The translations under genes and the position numbers were made by a program. The notes under the pieces were generated by a model. The model saw nothing but the letters and a program-made list of their open reading frames with translations, made no database searches and was not told where the DNA came from. Below, piece after piece: positions 37,618-47,617 of a stretch of DNA of 64,000 nt (the first letter of the stretch is position 1; every line of letters begins with the position of its first letter). Location of the stretch: the NCBI GenBank assembly GCA_963668425.1, contig OY764332.1, forward strand, positions 188,943-252,942, given 5' to 3'. The DNA is from Minisyncoccota bacterium (GTDB lineage Bacteria > Patescibacteriota > Minisyncoccia > Phycocordibacterales > JABAAK01).

Positions 37618-39780
37618 TTATATATCTACTGTCGCATATGTTGCATTTTCCTGTATAAATGCTTTTCGTGGGGCAACTTCACTACCCATCAACATATCAA
37701 ATGTTCTATCTGCATTTTCAGCGTCTTCTATAGATACTCGTTTGAGCACCCTGTTTTCAATGTTCATAGTAGTGTCTCGTAATTCCTCAAAATTCATTTC
37801 ACCAAGTCCTTTGTACCGTTGCACTGTTGCACCACTTGTGTTTGCCTCTTCTCCATCGGCAGGGCTTGTTTTTTTACTTGCTGTTTTTGTTGTTTTCTTC
37901 TTTACAAACTCTTTAAGTGTTTCATCCCGTTCCTGATCTGAATATACATACCGTACTTCCTTTCCTTTTACTACTTTGTAAAGCGGTGGTTGTGCGAAAT
38001 ATACATTTCCATTATCAATGAGCGGTTTAAAGTGGCGGAAAAACAAAGTCAACAGCAGTGTACGAATGTGTGCTCCATCAACATCTGCATCTGTCGCAAT
38101 AATGATTTTATCATACCGTAATTTTTCTATATCAAATGAGTCACCGATAGAGGTTCCTAATGCGATGGCAAGTGCTTTTATTTCTTCTGAGGACATCATT
38201 CGGTCTATGCGTACCCGCTCTACATTCAGTATTTTACCGCGTAATGGTAATACCGCCTGTATCCTTCTATCTCGCCCTTGCTTTGCCGTACCTCCTGCCG
38301 ACTCTCCCTCAACAATAAATAATTCAGAATCACTTCTATTTCTTGATTGACAATCTGCCAGCTTGCCCGGTAAAGTCATTCCGTCAAATGCGCCTTTTCG
38401 CAAAATACTGTCTTTCACTGCCCGCGCTGCTTTCCGTGCTTGTAGTGCTAATGACACCTTTGTTATAATGTTTCTTGCATCAGCAGGGTGTTCTTCTAAA
38501 AATGTATTGAATGCTTTATTGAACACACTCTGCACAGCTGATCTTGCTTCTACACTTCCTAATTTTGCTTTTGTCTGTCCTTCAAATTGAATTTCTGGTA
38601 ATTTTACTGAGATAATAGCAGTGATGCCTTCAAGCACATCTTCGGCAGTAAAACTGTCGGTATCTTTGGTTAACTTTTTATCTTTTGCGTATGCGTTGAT
38701 AGTTCGTGTTAGTGCGGTCTTAAAGCCGGTTACATGTGTTCCTCCTTCGGCGTTTGGGATGGTGTTTCCGAACGCGAATACCCTTGGTGATATGTCATCT
38801 ACATACTGTAGCGCAACTTCAACTCCGACATCACCAACCTGTTCTTCAATGTAGAAAATGTTTTGGTGTATCGGTTTTTGACGATTGTTGTAGTGTCGTA
38901 CAAATGAGGTTAAACCGCTATCATAGAAAAATGAGTAGGTCGGTGCCTCTGGTAATTCTTCATGTATAAAGAGTGAATCTTCCAGAATGTTTTTTGTTTC
39001 TGCTTGTCGTGCATCAATGATTCGGATATGTAGTGATTTTACCAGAAATGCTTGGTTGCGCATATGGTCTTTGATTCGTTTTGTATCAAATACTTCTCCA
39101 TTAAAATCTGTGCTGGTAAAAATTGATGCGTCCGCGCGAAACTGCACTACTGTCCCCTGTTTGTTTGTGGAGCCGACTTGTTTTACTTTTGCGATTGGTT
39201 TTCCGAGGTGATATTCCTGTTGGAATAATGTTTTTTCCCGATGCACCTTCACCGACACCTCAGTTGAAAGTGCGTTTACAACCGACACACCCACTCCATG
39301 TAATCCGCCAGACACCTTGTATCCTCCGTCACCAAACTTTCCCCCTGCGTGTAGTGTGGTCATGATTGTCTCAAGTGCAGAAACTTTTGTCTTTGGGTGG
39401 GTGTCAGTTGGGATACCTCGTCCATTGTCTGCAACCCGCACCACGTCCTCTGGCAGTAAGGTGATTTCAATCTCGCTTGCGTGCCCTGCCATTGCTTCGT
39501 CTCGTGAATTGTCAAAAACCTCCCAAATTAGATGATACAGACCGTCAACTCCGGTTGTCCCGATATACATCCCGGGTCGCCGTCGTACTGCTTCAAGTCC
39601 TTCTAATACTGTAATATCACTTGCGCTGTATCCATTTTTTTTACTACTGCTTTCGGCAGATGTCTTGTGTGTCGTTTTTTTGACTGCACTTTTCTTTTTG
39701 ATCGCCTTTGTTGTTGGTTTTTTAACTGTTTTTTTGCTGATTACCTTTTTCTTTTTCGGCATATGGTAGGAGTATACCAC
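37618..39780 (-). CDS. gyrB: DNA gyrase subunit B (type IIA topoisomerase ATPase subunit) with lysine-rich N-terminal tail
   Basis: GHKL ATPase (LHAGGKFGDGGYKVSGGLHGVGVSVVNALS), Toprim (LFIVEGESAGGTAKQGRDRRIQAVLPLRGKILNVE), and a ~50-aa K-rich N-terminal extension. parE cannot be excluded. Confidence 0.8.
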   Translation of the reverse strand: MVYSYHMPKKKKVISKKTVKKPTTKAIKKKSAVKKTTHKTSAESSSKKNGYSASDITVLEGLEAVRRRPGMYIGTTGVDGLYHLIWEVFDNSRDEAMAGHASEIEITLLPEDVVRVADNGRGIPTDTHPKTKVSALETIMTTLHAGGKFGDGGYKVSGGLHGVGVSVVNALSTEVSVKVHREKTLFQQEYHLGKPIAKVKQVGSTNKQGTVVQFRADASIFTSTDFNGEVFDTKRIKDHMRNQAFLVKSLHIRIIDARQAETKNILEDSLFIHEELPEAPTYSFFYDSGLTSFVRHYNNRQKPIHQNIFYIEEQVGDVGVEVALQYVDDISPRVFAFGNTIPNAEGGTHVTGFKTALTRTINAYAKDKKLTKDTDSFTAEDVLEGITAIISVKLPEIQFEGQTKAKLGSVEARSAVQSVFNKAFNTFLEEHPADARNIITKVSLALQARKAARAVKDSILRKGAFDGMTLPGKLADCQSRNRSDSELFIVEGESAGGTAKQGRDRRIQAVLPLRGKILNVERVRIDRMMSSEEIKALAIALGTSIGDSFDIEKLRYDKIIIATDADVDGAHIRTLLLTLFFRHFKPLIDNGNVYFAQPPLYKVVKGKEVRYVYSDQERDETLKEFVKKKTTKTASKKTSPADGEEANTSGATVQRYKGLGEMNFEELRDTTMNIENRVLKRVSIEDAENADRTFDMLMGSEVAPRKAFIQENATYATVDI

Positions 39781-39782
39781 AT

Positions 39783-40436
39783 TTATAGTTGTACAGTAAT
39801 CTGTACAATTTCATCAGATACTGCATCATCTTTATAAAATTCAGGGTGGTGCTGTACTGGCTTGTTGGTGTTGGTGTCTATGTCTATAATTTCTGCCAGG
39901 ATTCTCTCCTGCTGTGTTTGGTTATTTTTTGCGTCATAGGGTGGGTATCCGTTTAACCACACTACACCGTTGTTGGTTTCTGCTATCTTTGCCATGTAAC
40001 TTATGAGTGTATTACCTGTATTGGCATATCCCTCTTTGTCTCTGATACTAGAGAGTGGGATGGTTATCTCTTGTGTTGTTCCTGGCTCAATTGCGGCGAT
40101 CTCAAACACGTTACTTACACCAGAGGTTTCTGTTAGTAGTGCGATAGTTGCGTACGGATCACCAATTTCGGCGAGCGATTCGTATGCTTTCGGTGGTCGT
40201 GTTCCCAAAAAATTCATAGAGAAGTCGCGATTGTGTACTACAAGCACGCCCGGAGAGATGGAGTATTCGGAGATATTTGCAAAACGAATAACCGGATCGG
40301 ATTCTTGTTGTGTTACTGTTTCGCTGTTGGTAGGGTCAACTTTATATGAAGAGGCATAGTTTGTAAAAAGGTTTGCACCCACGCCGATCACAGAAACCAC
40401 TATAACAACGATGATAAAAATAATCCACTTATTCAT
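39783..40436 (-). CDS. membrane-anchored hypothetical protein
   Basis: N-terminal TM MNKWIIFIIVVIVVSVIGVGANLF. No recognisable domain. Confidence 0.45.
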   Translation of the reverse strand: MNKWIIFIIVVIVVSVIGVGANLFTNYASSYKVDPTNSETVTQQESDPVIRFANISEYSISPGVLVVHNRDFSMNFLGTRPPKAYESLAEIGDPYATIALLTETSGVSNVFEIAAIEPGTTQEITIPLSSIRDKEGYANTGNTLISYMAKIAETNNGVVWLNGYPPYDAKNNQTQQERILAEIIDIDTNTNKPVQHHPEFYKDDAVSDEIVQITVQL

Positions 40437-40584
40437 ACATACTGATAAGGAACGTTAGTAATGATGTAGTTAGTATATCACATTTTAATTGATCGGATGG
40501 ACTTTTGATACAAGCCCCTGTGCAATAGTAGGTATTGTGTTTGTTTGGTGAGATCTCAGTTTGGTGGATGATTCTGTATCACCA

Positions 40585-41844
40585 TCACCCTATTCTTTCT
40601 TTCGTCTTCCGACATACATCTAAAATAATATGCACGATAATCAGAGCCCCTGTTCCGCTGATTGCGAATATAAAGGTTCCCGTTGTTGAGCCGGTTATCA
40701 TGTATGGCAATGCTGCAACTGCAACTAAAAAGATTGCTGCATATAGCAGGATGTGCTTCAATACCTTGTTAAAGTGTGCTTCGGTTTCCTCTCCTGGACG
40801 TACGCCGGGAATAAATGCTCCCTGGTTTTGCAGATTTTCAGCAATCTTTTTTGTATTGAATACAATCGGCGTATGAAAATAGGTGAAGAATAGGGTGAGT
40901 AGTGCTACTGGTATTGCGTAATAGAAACCGTTTGCCAGCAGCCCGTCTACATGTGCACTTATTGACTGTACTATACCCCATCCCTCAAGATCACTTAGAA
41001 ACTTGAAGCCGTATTGAAAAAATGCCATTACTGTCAGTGCAAAAATGATTGACAATACGCCGATTGGGTTTACTTTAATAGGAATGTAGGTTTTTGCTCG
41101 TCGTTCGCCTGATCCATATCCCATGCCATACCGGGCATAGGTTATCGGTATCGGTCTATCTGCCTCATTCATCCATACCGCAATCATGCAGCCGATCAGA
41201 ATACCAATTGCGCCGAGCACGTATGAAACAATTAATGCCGGTGAGTAGGTTGTTATCATTTGTGTTATTAATGTTGGAATATTTATCACAATGCTGGCGA
41301 ATATAATAAATGATATGCCATTTCCTATGCCAAACTCAGTGATTAATTCTCCAATCCACATTGTCAGTATGGTACCTGCGACAATGAACAACACGCTGAG
41401 TGTGAAATCAGGAATGGGGAGATTTGTGATTGCTCCCTGTGTTTGTAAATAGTAGAGAATACCTATCGCATTTACTGTCGCCACCGGAACGGTAATAATC
41501 CGAGTCCATTGTCCTATTTTTTTTCTGCCGATTTCCCCTTCTTCATGGTAGAGCGAATGTATTTTAGCAGACACCGAAGTTAATAATTGCACCACGATTG
41601 AAACGGTAATGTACGGAAACACGCCGAGCATAGCTATGGAGAAGTTTGATAACCCGCCGCCGGAAAATATATTAAACGCTCCAAGAATTTGGTTTTGATG
41701 TAGTAGAGCACTGATAGTTGATTGATCTATCTGTGGTATCGGCACCGATGCTATTAAACGAAATACTACTAGACCGATGATAACTGCTGCATAGCGTTTT
41801 AACAGTACTGTATCAGAGAAAAAAGATTTGAGTCCCTTAAGCAT
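40585..41844 (-). CDS. secY: preprotein translocase subunit SecY
   Basis: 10-TM protein; N-terminal LKRYAAVIIGLVVFRLIASVPIPQID and SecY-like segments throughout. Confidence 0.9.
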   Translation of the reverse strand: MLKGLKSFFSDTVLLKRYAAVIIGLVVFRLIASVPIPQIDQSTISALLHQNQILGAFNIFSGGGLSNFSIAMLGVFPYITVSIVVQLLTSVSAKIHSLYHEEGEIGRKKIGQWTRIITVPVATVNAIGILYYLQTQGAITNLPIPDFTLSVLFIVAGTILTMWIGELITEFGIGNGISFIIFASIVINIPTLITQMITTYSPALIVSYVLGAIGILIGCMIAVWMNEADRPIPITYARYGMGYGSGERRAKTYIPIKVNPIGVLSIIFALTVMAFFQYGFKFLSDLEGWGIVQSISAHVDGLLANGFYYAIPVALLTLFFTYFHTPIVFNTKKIAENLQNQGAFIPGVRPGEETEAHFNKVLKHILLYAAIFLVAVAALPYMITGSTTGTFIFAISGTGALIIVHIILDVCRKTKERIG

Positions 41845-41846
41845 GT

Positions 41847-42284
41847 TTATTGTATTGTACCACCTGCCGCCTCTACCTTTTGTTTTGCGTTTGCTGAAAT
41901 TTTACATTTTTTGAGCGTTATCGGAGTGGTTATGTCTCCACGTGCGACTATCTTTACTGATGGCACACGCCCCTTTACTTTTGTGACAATTTTTCTTTCA
42001 GTCAGTACTTTCGGTGTAATGATACTCTTTTCCTGAAAGTTTTTTTCTAGCACCCCTAAGGTTACACTTCGTACTGCATCCCTGTTCCGCACACCTCGTG
42101 CACGATTTTTGTTGTGACCTCGTCGTTTCGGTATGCGTGCTAATTCATCCCGTATAGCAGGGCGAATGCGTCGCCCTGCGCGTGACCGTTGCCCTTTATT
42201 ACCCCGCCCGGACTTTGCGCCGCGTGCACCACCTCGCCCTATTTTCTTTTTCTTTTTCTTTTTTGTTGAGAGTTCGTGAAGCAT
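41847..42284 (-). CDS. rplO: 50S ribosomal protein L15
   Basis: KKKKKKKIGRGGARGAKSGRGNKGQRSRAGR. Start at Met14 of the ORF (MLHEL...). Confidence 0.85.
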   Translation of the reverse strand: MLHELSTKKKKKKKIGRGGARGAKSGRGNKGQRSRAGRRIRPAIRDELARIPKRRGHNKNRARGVRNRDAVRSVTLGVLEKNFQEKSIITPKVLTERKIVTKVKGRVPSVKIVARGDITTPITLKKCKISANAKQKVEAAGGTIQ

Positions 42285-42315
42285 ATGCCTTTTAGTATGT
42301 TGCCTGTAGTATATT

Positions 42316-42990
42316 TTACCCATTCATCAACGCGAATGCTTTTAGTGTTGCACGTGCATTATTGAGATGGCACTTGCTTCTGGATTGTATCTTTGCATTC
42401 ATATGTTCAATGCCGGCAAGTTCTGCAATAGTTCGTACCGCACCACCAGCGACAAATCCTCTATTCGGACGAATATGCACTACAGAAGCACAGTACTTAC
42501 CGGTCGCCTCGCTTGGAATACTTTTTTCATCTGTTATTCGCACTTCAATCATATTTTTTTGTGCTTGATTTCTCGCCTTTTCCATAGCTGCTGCCATATC
42601 AATCCCTTTACCGGTACCGATGCCAACCTTGCCTTTCCGATTACCAACTGCTACTGCAACAGACAAGCTGAATCGTCTACCTCCAGCAACCACACGAGAC
42701 ACTCTTCTTGCGGAGAGGACTCGTGTTTCAAATTCTGATTTTGGCTTGTCTCTACCGCGACCTTTTCCAGATCGCCCAAATGCGGATCGTCGTTTTTTTC
42801 CGCGACCGCCTTGACCGCCTTGACCGCCTTTGTTGCCCTCACCTCTTCTTTGTTGCCCTCTCCTGTTTCCACCCCTATCTCTATCACTGTTTTGTGATTT
42901 TTGAGGTTTCTCTTGTGTATCGGCACCACTTCTGCTATCGGTGACACTCTTTGTATCCTGTTGTGGTGTTTGTTTTGTATTTTCTTCCAT
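42316..42990 (-). CDS. rpsE: 30S ribosomal protein S5 with R/G/Q-rich N-terminal extension
   Basis: Core RVSRVVAGGRRFSLSVAVAVGNRKGKVGIGTGKG...GAVRTIAELAGI; ~70-aa low-complexity N-terminus. Confidence 0.9.
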   Translation of the reverse strand: MEENTKQTPQQDTKSVTDSRSGADTQEKPQKSQNSDRDRGGNRRGQQRRGEGNKGGQGGQGGRGKKRRSAFGRSGKGRGRDKPKSEFETRVLSARRVSRVVAGGRRFSLSVAVAVGNRKGKVGIGTGKGIDMAAAMEKARNQAQKNMIEVRITDEKSIPSEATGKYCASVVHIRPNRGFVAGGAVRTIAELAGIEHMNAKIQSRSKCHLNNARATLKAFALMNG

Positions 42991-42992
42991 AG

Positions 42993-43343
42993 TTAAAATT
43001 CTAACCCACCTTCTCGTGCAGCATCAGCAAATGCCTTTACTGAGCCAGTGTACATAAAACCACCCCTGTCAAATACTACTTTTTTTATTTTTTTCTCTTC
43101 TGCCTGATTTGCCAGATTACTACCCATTTGCTTTGCGTTCTCCATTGCACCTTTTTTGTTGCTTTTAAGGGAGGAAATGCCAATGAGTGTTTTGCCGACA
43201 GTGTCATCAATAATTTGTGCATAGAGATGTTTGTTTGAGCGAAAAAATGCGAGGCGTGGTTTCTCCTGCGTTCCGAATATTTTTGCGCGAACTCTGCGGT
43301 GTCGCTGTACTCTCCTCAACATTTTTTTTGCTGTTTGTTTCAT
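42993..43343 (-). CDS. rplR: 50S ribosomal protein L18
   Basis: [31 protein letters not shown]. Confidence 0.9.
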   Translation of the reverse strand: MKQTAKKMLRRVQRHRRVRAKIFGTQEKPRLAFFRSNKHLYAQIIDDTVGKTLIGISSLKSNKKGAMENAKQMGSNLANQAEEKKIKKVVFDRGGFMYTGSVKAFADAAREGGLEF

Positions 43344-43355
43344 ACTTTGTTTTTA

Positions 43356-43898
43356 TTAATCTGCTGTTTCAGCTTTTTTACCCTGTTTTCTTCGTACCAC
43401 CTCACCAACATATCGTATGCCCTTGTCTTTATATGGATCAGGTTTTTTCACCCGTCGTACCTTTGCGGCAAATTGTCCGACTTTTTCTTTGTCAAAACCT
43501 TCAATGGTTATAGTAACATCTTGTACCTGTACCTGCAAACCTTCTGGCACATCAAATACTACTGGGTGTGAAAAGCCGACATGGAGTACCAGTTGCGCCC
43601 CCTTCATTTCGGTTCGGTAGCCGATACCTCGCACCTCCAGTTCTTTTTTATATCCTTCAGTCACACCGGCAATCATATTCTTTGCGTGTGAAGCGTAGGT
43701 ACCCCATAGCTCGTCTGCAAGTCGGGTTTTTGCTTTTTTCTCTACACCTATTTCTTTATCTTTGATAGTGAATGAGATTTCATCCCGCACTTTTCGTGTT
43801 AATTCTCCTTTCGGACCCTTTACAGTTAGCATACCTTCCTGAAAGGCGACCTGCACGCTGTCGGGTATTATTATTTTTTGTGATCCTATTCTTGACAT
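43356..43898 (-). CDS. rplF: 50S ribosomal protein L6
   Basis: MSRIGSQKIIIPDSVQV...VKGPKGEL. Confidence 0.9.
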   Translation of the reverse strand: MSRIGSQKIIIPDSVQVAFQEGMLTVKGPKGELTRKVRDEISFTIKDKEIGVEKKAKTRLADELWGTYASHAKNMIAGVTEGYKKELEVRGIGYRTEMKGAQLVLHVGFSHPVVFDVPEGLQVQVQDVTITIEGFDKEKVGQFAAKVRRVKKPDPYKDKGIRYVGEVVRRKQGKKAETAD

Positions 43899-43906
43899 AC
43901 TAGTAA

Positions 43907-44302
43907 TTACCAAATTGAAAAAAGCACTTCCCCGCCGACATGTCCTTTACGTGCTTCGCCTCCAGTTAGGATTCCTTTTGGCGTTGAAAGAAATAAGGTG
44001 CCGTGATTGTTTCGAATTGGATGAATGTCTTGTACTTTGAGATACACCCGTCGTCCTGGCTTTGAAATTCTTTTCACATCGTTTACTTTATGTCTACCCT
44101 CTTCGTTGTACGCCAAGGTAATAACCAATTGTTTTTTTGTACCGTGTCCCTGTGTTTCAATATTTTCAACATAGTTTGTAACACGCAATTTTTGCGCTAT
44201 GCTGTTTCTTTTTTTTGAATACGGTACTTCAATTTTTTCTTTACGCACCATACCGGCGTTTTTTATTTGGATGATGAGATCCGCGACAATGTCTGTTACC
44301 AT
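43907..44302 (-). CDS. rpsH: 30S ribosomal protein S8
   Basis: [30 protein letters not shown]. Start at Met38 of the track ORF. Confidence 0.9.
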   Translation of the reverse strand: MVTDIVADLIIQIKNAGMVRKEKIEVPYSKKRNSIAQKLRVTNYVENIETQGHGTKKQLVITLAYNEEGRHKVNDVKRISKPGRRVYLKVQDIHPIRNNHGTLFLSTPKGILTGGEARKGHVGGEVLFSIW

Positions 44303-44565
44303 GATGATTTCTTTAATCCGGGAATGTATCCTTTCTGCACTTGTTCCCGTACACATATTCGTGATAATCCGAATGCCCGAATGTATCCGCGAGATCGCCC
44401 GGTGATGAAACAACGATTACGCACTCGGACTGGAGAAGCATTCTTCGGTAATTTTTGTAATCCCTCCCAGTCACCTGCTGCCTTGAGCTCTGTCCGTTTT
44501 TTCGCGTATTTTTTTGCTAATCGTATTCTTTTTTGATTACGTGCTATAAGTGATTTTCTTGCCAT
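44296..44565 (-). CDS. rpsN: 30S ribosomal protein S14 (long, non-zinc type)
   Basis: [24 protein letters not shown]...[24 protein letters not shown]. Confidence 0.9.
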   Translation of the reverse strand: MARKSLIARNQKRIRLAKKYAKKRTELKAAGDWEGLQKLPKNASPVRVRNRCFITGRSRGYIRAFGLSRICVREQVQKGYIPGLKKSSW

Positions 44566-44700
44566 ACTTCCTATATAACCGAAGCAATATCACACAACGT
44601 TGTCTTTGTCCAACATTCAGCAATGACATAGGACATAGAAAACCTTGTGGATTAACTCCGTGGTGGTAGTATAGCATACTCTATGCTATGAAAAAGTGTC

Positions 44701-45870
44701 TCATTGACTATATAGTGAAAAATGATCCGCGCCTATAGTGGAAATGTGATCAATCCTTTTTTGGGCTTCACTTTCACTAAACCCTTCTGCCTCTAATCCT
44801 TTTGTCACAGGACCTTTGAGGTTATCATATCTACTTTTATTTTTTACTTCATATACAGCCTTGAATCCGCTGTCTTTTGCTGCTCGTATGAACGCAACGA
44901 TGTTTGTCGCGTTCGGGGTTGTGGTGGTAAAGTTTGCGTCAACACAGGTGCAGTTTTCTGGTTTATGGCAACTGTTCTGGTGAGTGAGTGTTGGTGGACA
45001 CGCTTCAGTAACACGCCATTTCGCACTACTCTGCCCGGCAAGTTTCTGTAACTTTTCCCCAACACCCTTACTGACCCAGCATGCGTCTGTTTGATTGAAC
45101 TCATTATTTGGTTTATTTTTTTTATTGGTACACAGCTCGTGGGCATCCTTAAAACTCACCCCAAGAATACTTGCTGTTTCTGTCTGACAGCCGGGACATC
45201 TCTGCAAACTTGTAGGTTGTTGCTGTTGACCCGGATCTGGTCCCGTGGACTCTGTTGGCTCTATCGGATCATCTGTGGCTTCTGTTGGTTCCGCTGGCTC
45301 AGGTGCTGTAGGTTCTGTTGCAGGCGTTGTATCTACGGGCTCTGTTGGTGTAACTGGATCAGGAGTTGGGGACTTTGTCAGATTTGCAACATCTGGGGTT
45401 GGTAGTGATGACTCATCATATTTAAATGGATCACCATCGTTTAGATTGTAGCCGATAATATCAAAGCCGGCCTTGACAATGAGATATGCGCTGAGAATGA
45501 AGAGAAGTCCTACTAATGTTGCTCTGAGTGCATCCTGCACCTCTTTTCTTGCCTGCTGATGCCCACCTTTTGTAAACACATTGACTGCTAATTTTGTTCC
45601 TTTGTAGAAAATAAGCAACCCTGCCCCGGTAATTGCGACCCAAAGAAGTAGTTTCATCACATTATTTGCCAATTGAAAAAAATGCTTAATACTACAATCC
45701 TCCTTTCCACTTTCACCAAAACTACAATCTATTATTAGATTTGACTGTTCTGGTGTTTTTGTCACTAATGCGTTGTTTGTTTGACCAAGTACGACTGTAC
45801 TACTTATGATTGAACTTGCCACAAACACTACCGCCACAACAAGAAAATATGCCGTCTTTTGTTTGTACAT
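44701..45870 (-). CDS. membrane protein with VirB2/TrbC-like hairpin, PT-rich linker and Cys-rich extracytoplasmic domain
   Basis: Start at Met25 (MYKQKTAYFLVVAVVFVASSII). Hairpin NVMKLLLWVAITGAGLLIFYKGTKLAVNVFTKGG...ARKEVQDALRATLVGLLFILSAYLIV. PT-rich PTPDPVTPTEPVDTTPATEPTAPEPAEPTE. At least 12 Cys in the C-terminal domain. Confidence 0.5.
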   Translation of the reverse strand: MYKQKTAYFLVVAVVFVASSIISSTVVLGQTNNALVTKTPEQSNLIIDCSFGESGKEDCSIKHFFQLANNVMKLLLWVAITGAGLLIFYKGTKLAVNVFTKGGHQQARKEVQDALRATLVGLLFILSAYLIVKAGFDIIGYNLNDGDPFKYDESSLPTPDVANLTKSPTPDPVTPTEPVDTTPATEPTAPEPAEPTEATDDPIEPTESTGPDPGQQQQPTSLQRCPGCQTETASILGVSFKDAHELCTNKKNKPNNEFNQTDACWVSKGVGEKLQKLAGQSSAKWRVTEACPPTLTHQNSCHKPENCTCVDANFTTTTPNATNIVAFIRAAKDSGFKAVYEVKNKSRYDNLKGPVTKGLEAEGFSESEAQKRIDHISTIGADHFSLYSQ

Positions 45871-45950
45871 GCTGCTGTCAGTATACCGCACGTCAACGTT
45901 CCTTATTCTGCTCTTGTGGTGTCTATACGGCTGTGTTATCATGTACTCTA

Positions 45951-46634
45951 ATGATATTAACTGATCAACAAATAGCTCCGATAGATGTAGAAAAGCGGCG
46001 TAAGAGTGGTTTTGATGTGGGAGATACTGTTCGTGTCCATCAAAAAATTACTGAAAAGGATAAAATTCGTATACAGGTTTTTGAGGGTACTGTTATAGCC
46101 CGCAAACATGGCACTGAGCCGGGTGCAACATTTACTGTCCGTCGTGTTGGTACTGACGGCATAGTGGTGGAAAAGATATTCCCTCTGTATACCCCCACCA
46201 TAGATCGCATAGAAATATCACAAAAAATTAAAACTCGACGTGCAAAATTGTACTTCCTTCGCGGAAGAACACCAAAACAAATCCGAGAAAAACTTCGTAA
46301 TACCGTGGCATCTATAAAAGATGCTGTGGTGCCAGAGCCAAGACAGCAGGAGAAGACGAAGGAGGGGCGTGAAGTACAACAGCATGAAGGTGAAGAAGGG
46401 TCGGAAAAACAACCTACAGCACAGCAAGAAGATCTGCCAGAGCAGGAGAAGGAGGAAGAAGTGGAAAAACAACCTACAGCACAGCAAGATGAACAACAAA
46501 AACAAGGAAAGGAAAGTGCTTCAAAGCAGCAGGAAGAGGTGCCGAAGGCACAGTCAGATGTACATAGCGCTTCGGAATCTGAACAAACAAAACAAACGGC
46601 AACACCTCAACAACCTGGTACTACTGATGCATAA
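45951..46634 (+). CDS. rplS: 50S ribosomal protein L19 with ~110-aa E/K/Q-rich C-terminal extension
   Basis: MILTDQQIAPIDVEKRRKSGFDVGDTVRVHQKI...RRVGTDGIVVEKIFPLYTPTIDRIEI. The tail has tandem EKQPTAQQ(E/D) units. The track ORF starts at 45810, but that extension overlaps the divergent gene. Confidence 0.85.
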   Translation: MILTDQQIAPIDVEKRRKSGFDVGDTVRVHQKITEKDKIRIQVFEGTVIARKHGTEPGATFTVRRVGTDGIVVEKIFPLYTPTIDRIEISQKIKTRRAKLYFLRGRTPKQIREKLRNTVASIKDAVVPEPRQQEKTKEGREVQQHEGEEGSEKQPTAQQEDLPEQEKEEEVEKQPTAQQDEQQKQGKESASKQQEEVPKAQSDVHSASESEQTKQTATPQQPGTTDA

Positions 46635-46645
46635 ATGGTCAGTTG

Positions 46646-47617
46646 TTATTGTTGCAAAAATGCATCCACAATCTGCTCAACATCGGTGGCGTTTTGTGCT
46701 TCGTCCATGAGTTTCATGCGGAGTTGTTTAGCACCGACAAAGCCCTCAATATATGCTTTGTAATGTTTTTTCATCAGGTTAAATGATTTTGTTGGCAGTT
46801 TTTCTTCAAACAGCTTGGTGTGTTCAACCATTACCCGCAACTGCTTTTTGATTGGTACTGCGCTTCGTGAAACCTTTTTGTTAAAAAGCCATGGATTACC
46901 AAACATACCCCTTCCTATCATGATTCCGTCGCACCCGCTCTCCTGTGCTTTCTGCTCACCATCTGCTCTATCCATCACATCACCATTACCAACCAACAGT
47001 GTCTTTGGCGCGAGTGTGTCTCGCAGAGCAACAATACGACTCATTGCCTCCCAGTGTGCTGGCACTTTTGACATTTCTTTTCTTGTGCGTAGATGTACTG
47101 ATAGTGCAACAATGTTTGTTTGTAGTAATGTTGGTATCCATGAGTCAATTTCATCTTGATTGTAGCCCATTCTAGTTTTTACCGACACAGGCAAACCGGT
47201 TTGCATTGCCGCCTCTATAATGGTAGTTGCTGCTTTTGGGTTTCTAATCATATCGCATCCACATCCTTGTTTTTCAATTTTTCGATCAGGGCACCCCATA
47301 TTAATATCTAATCCGTCAAAACCAAGCTCTTTTACCAGCATTCCTGCTTTATACATATTCTTTGGATCGCTTGTAAATAATTGTGCAACAATCGGTCGCT
47401 GATTTTCTTCAAATAGCAAATCAATTTTAAGTGACTCCCGCCCAGGTGAACACAATCCATCAGCAGATACAAACTCTGTCCAAAATACATCTGGCTTTCC
47501 ATACTTTGCAAACATCGTGCGGAAAGAGGTATCTGTTACATCTGCCATGGGTGCAAGCGCAAAAAACGGGCGTGGTAATGTATCCCAGAAAGAATCTTTT
47601 TTTTCATATTTTTTCAT
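46646..47617 (-). CDS. dus: tRNA-dihydrouridine synthase
   Basis: FALAPMADVTDTSFR...DINMGCP...TIM barrel, Dus family. Confidence 0.85.
   Translation of the reverse strand: MKKYEKKDSFWDTLPRPFFALAPMADVTDTSFRTMFAKYGKPDVFWTEFVSADGLCSPGRESLKIDLLFEENQRPIVAQLFTSDPKNMYKAGMLVKELGFDGLDINMGCPDRKIEKQGCGCDMIRNPKAATTIIEAAMQTGLPVSVKTRMGYNQDEIDSWIPTLLQTNIVALSVHLRTRKEMSKVPAHWEAMSRIVALRDTLAPKTLLVGNGDVMDRADGEQKAQESGCDGIMIGRGMFGNPWLFNKKVSRSAVPIKKQLRVMVEHTKLFEEKLPTKSFNLMKKHYKAYIEGFVGAKQLRMKLMDEAQNATDVEQIVDAFLQQ

Noticed and set aside
45810-45950. Cys-rich N-terminal extension of the rplS track ORF (MNLPQTLPPQQENMPSFVCTCCCQYT...)
   Set aside because: It overlaps the divergent membrane-protein gene and has no L19 homology. 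The canonical L19 N-terminus begins at MILTDQQIAP (45951).
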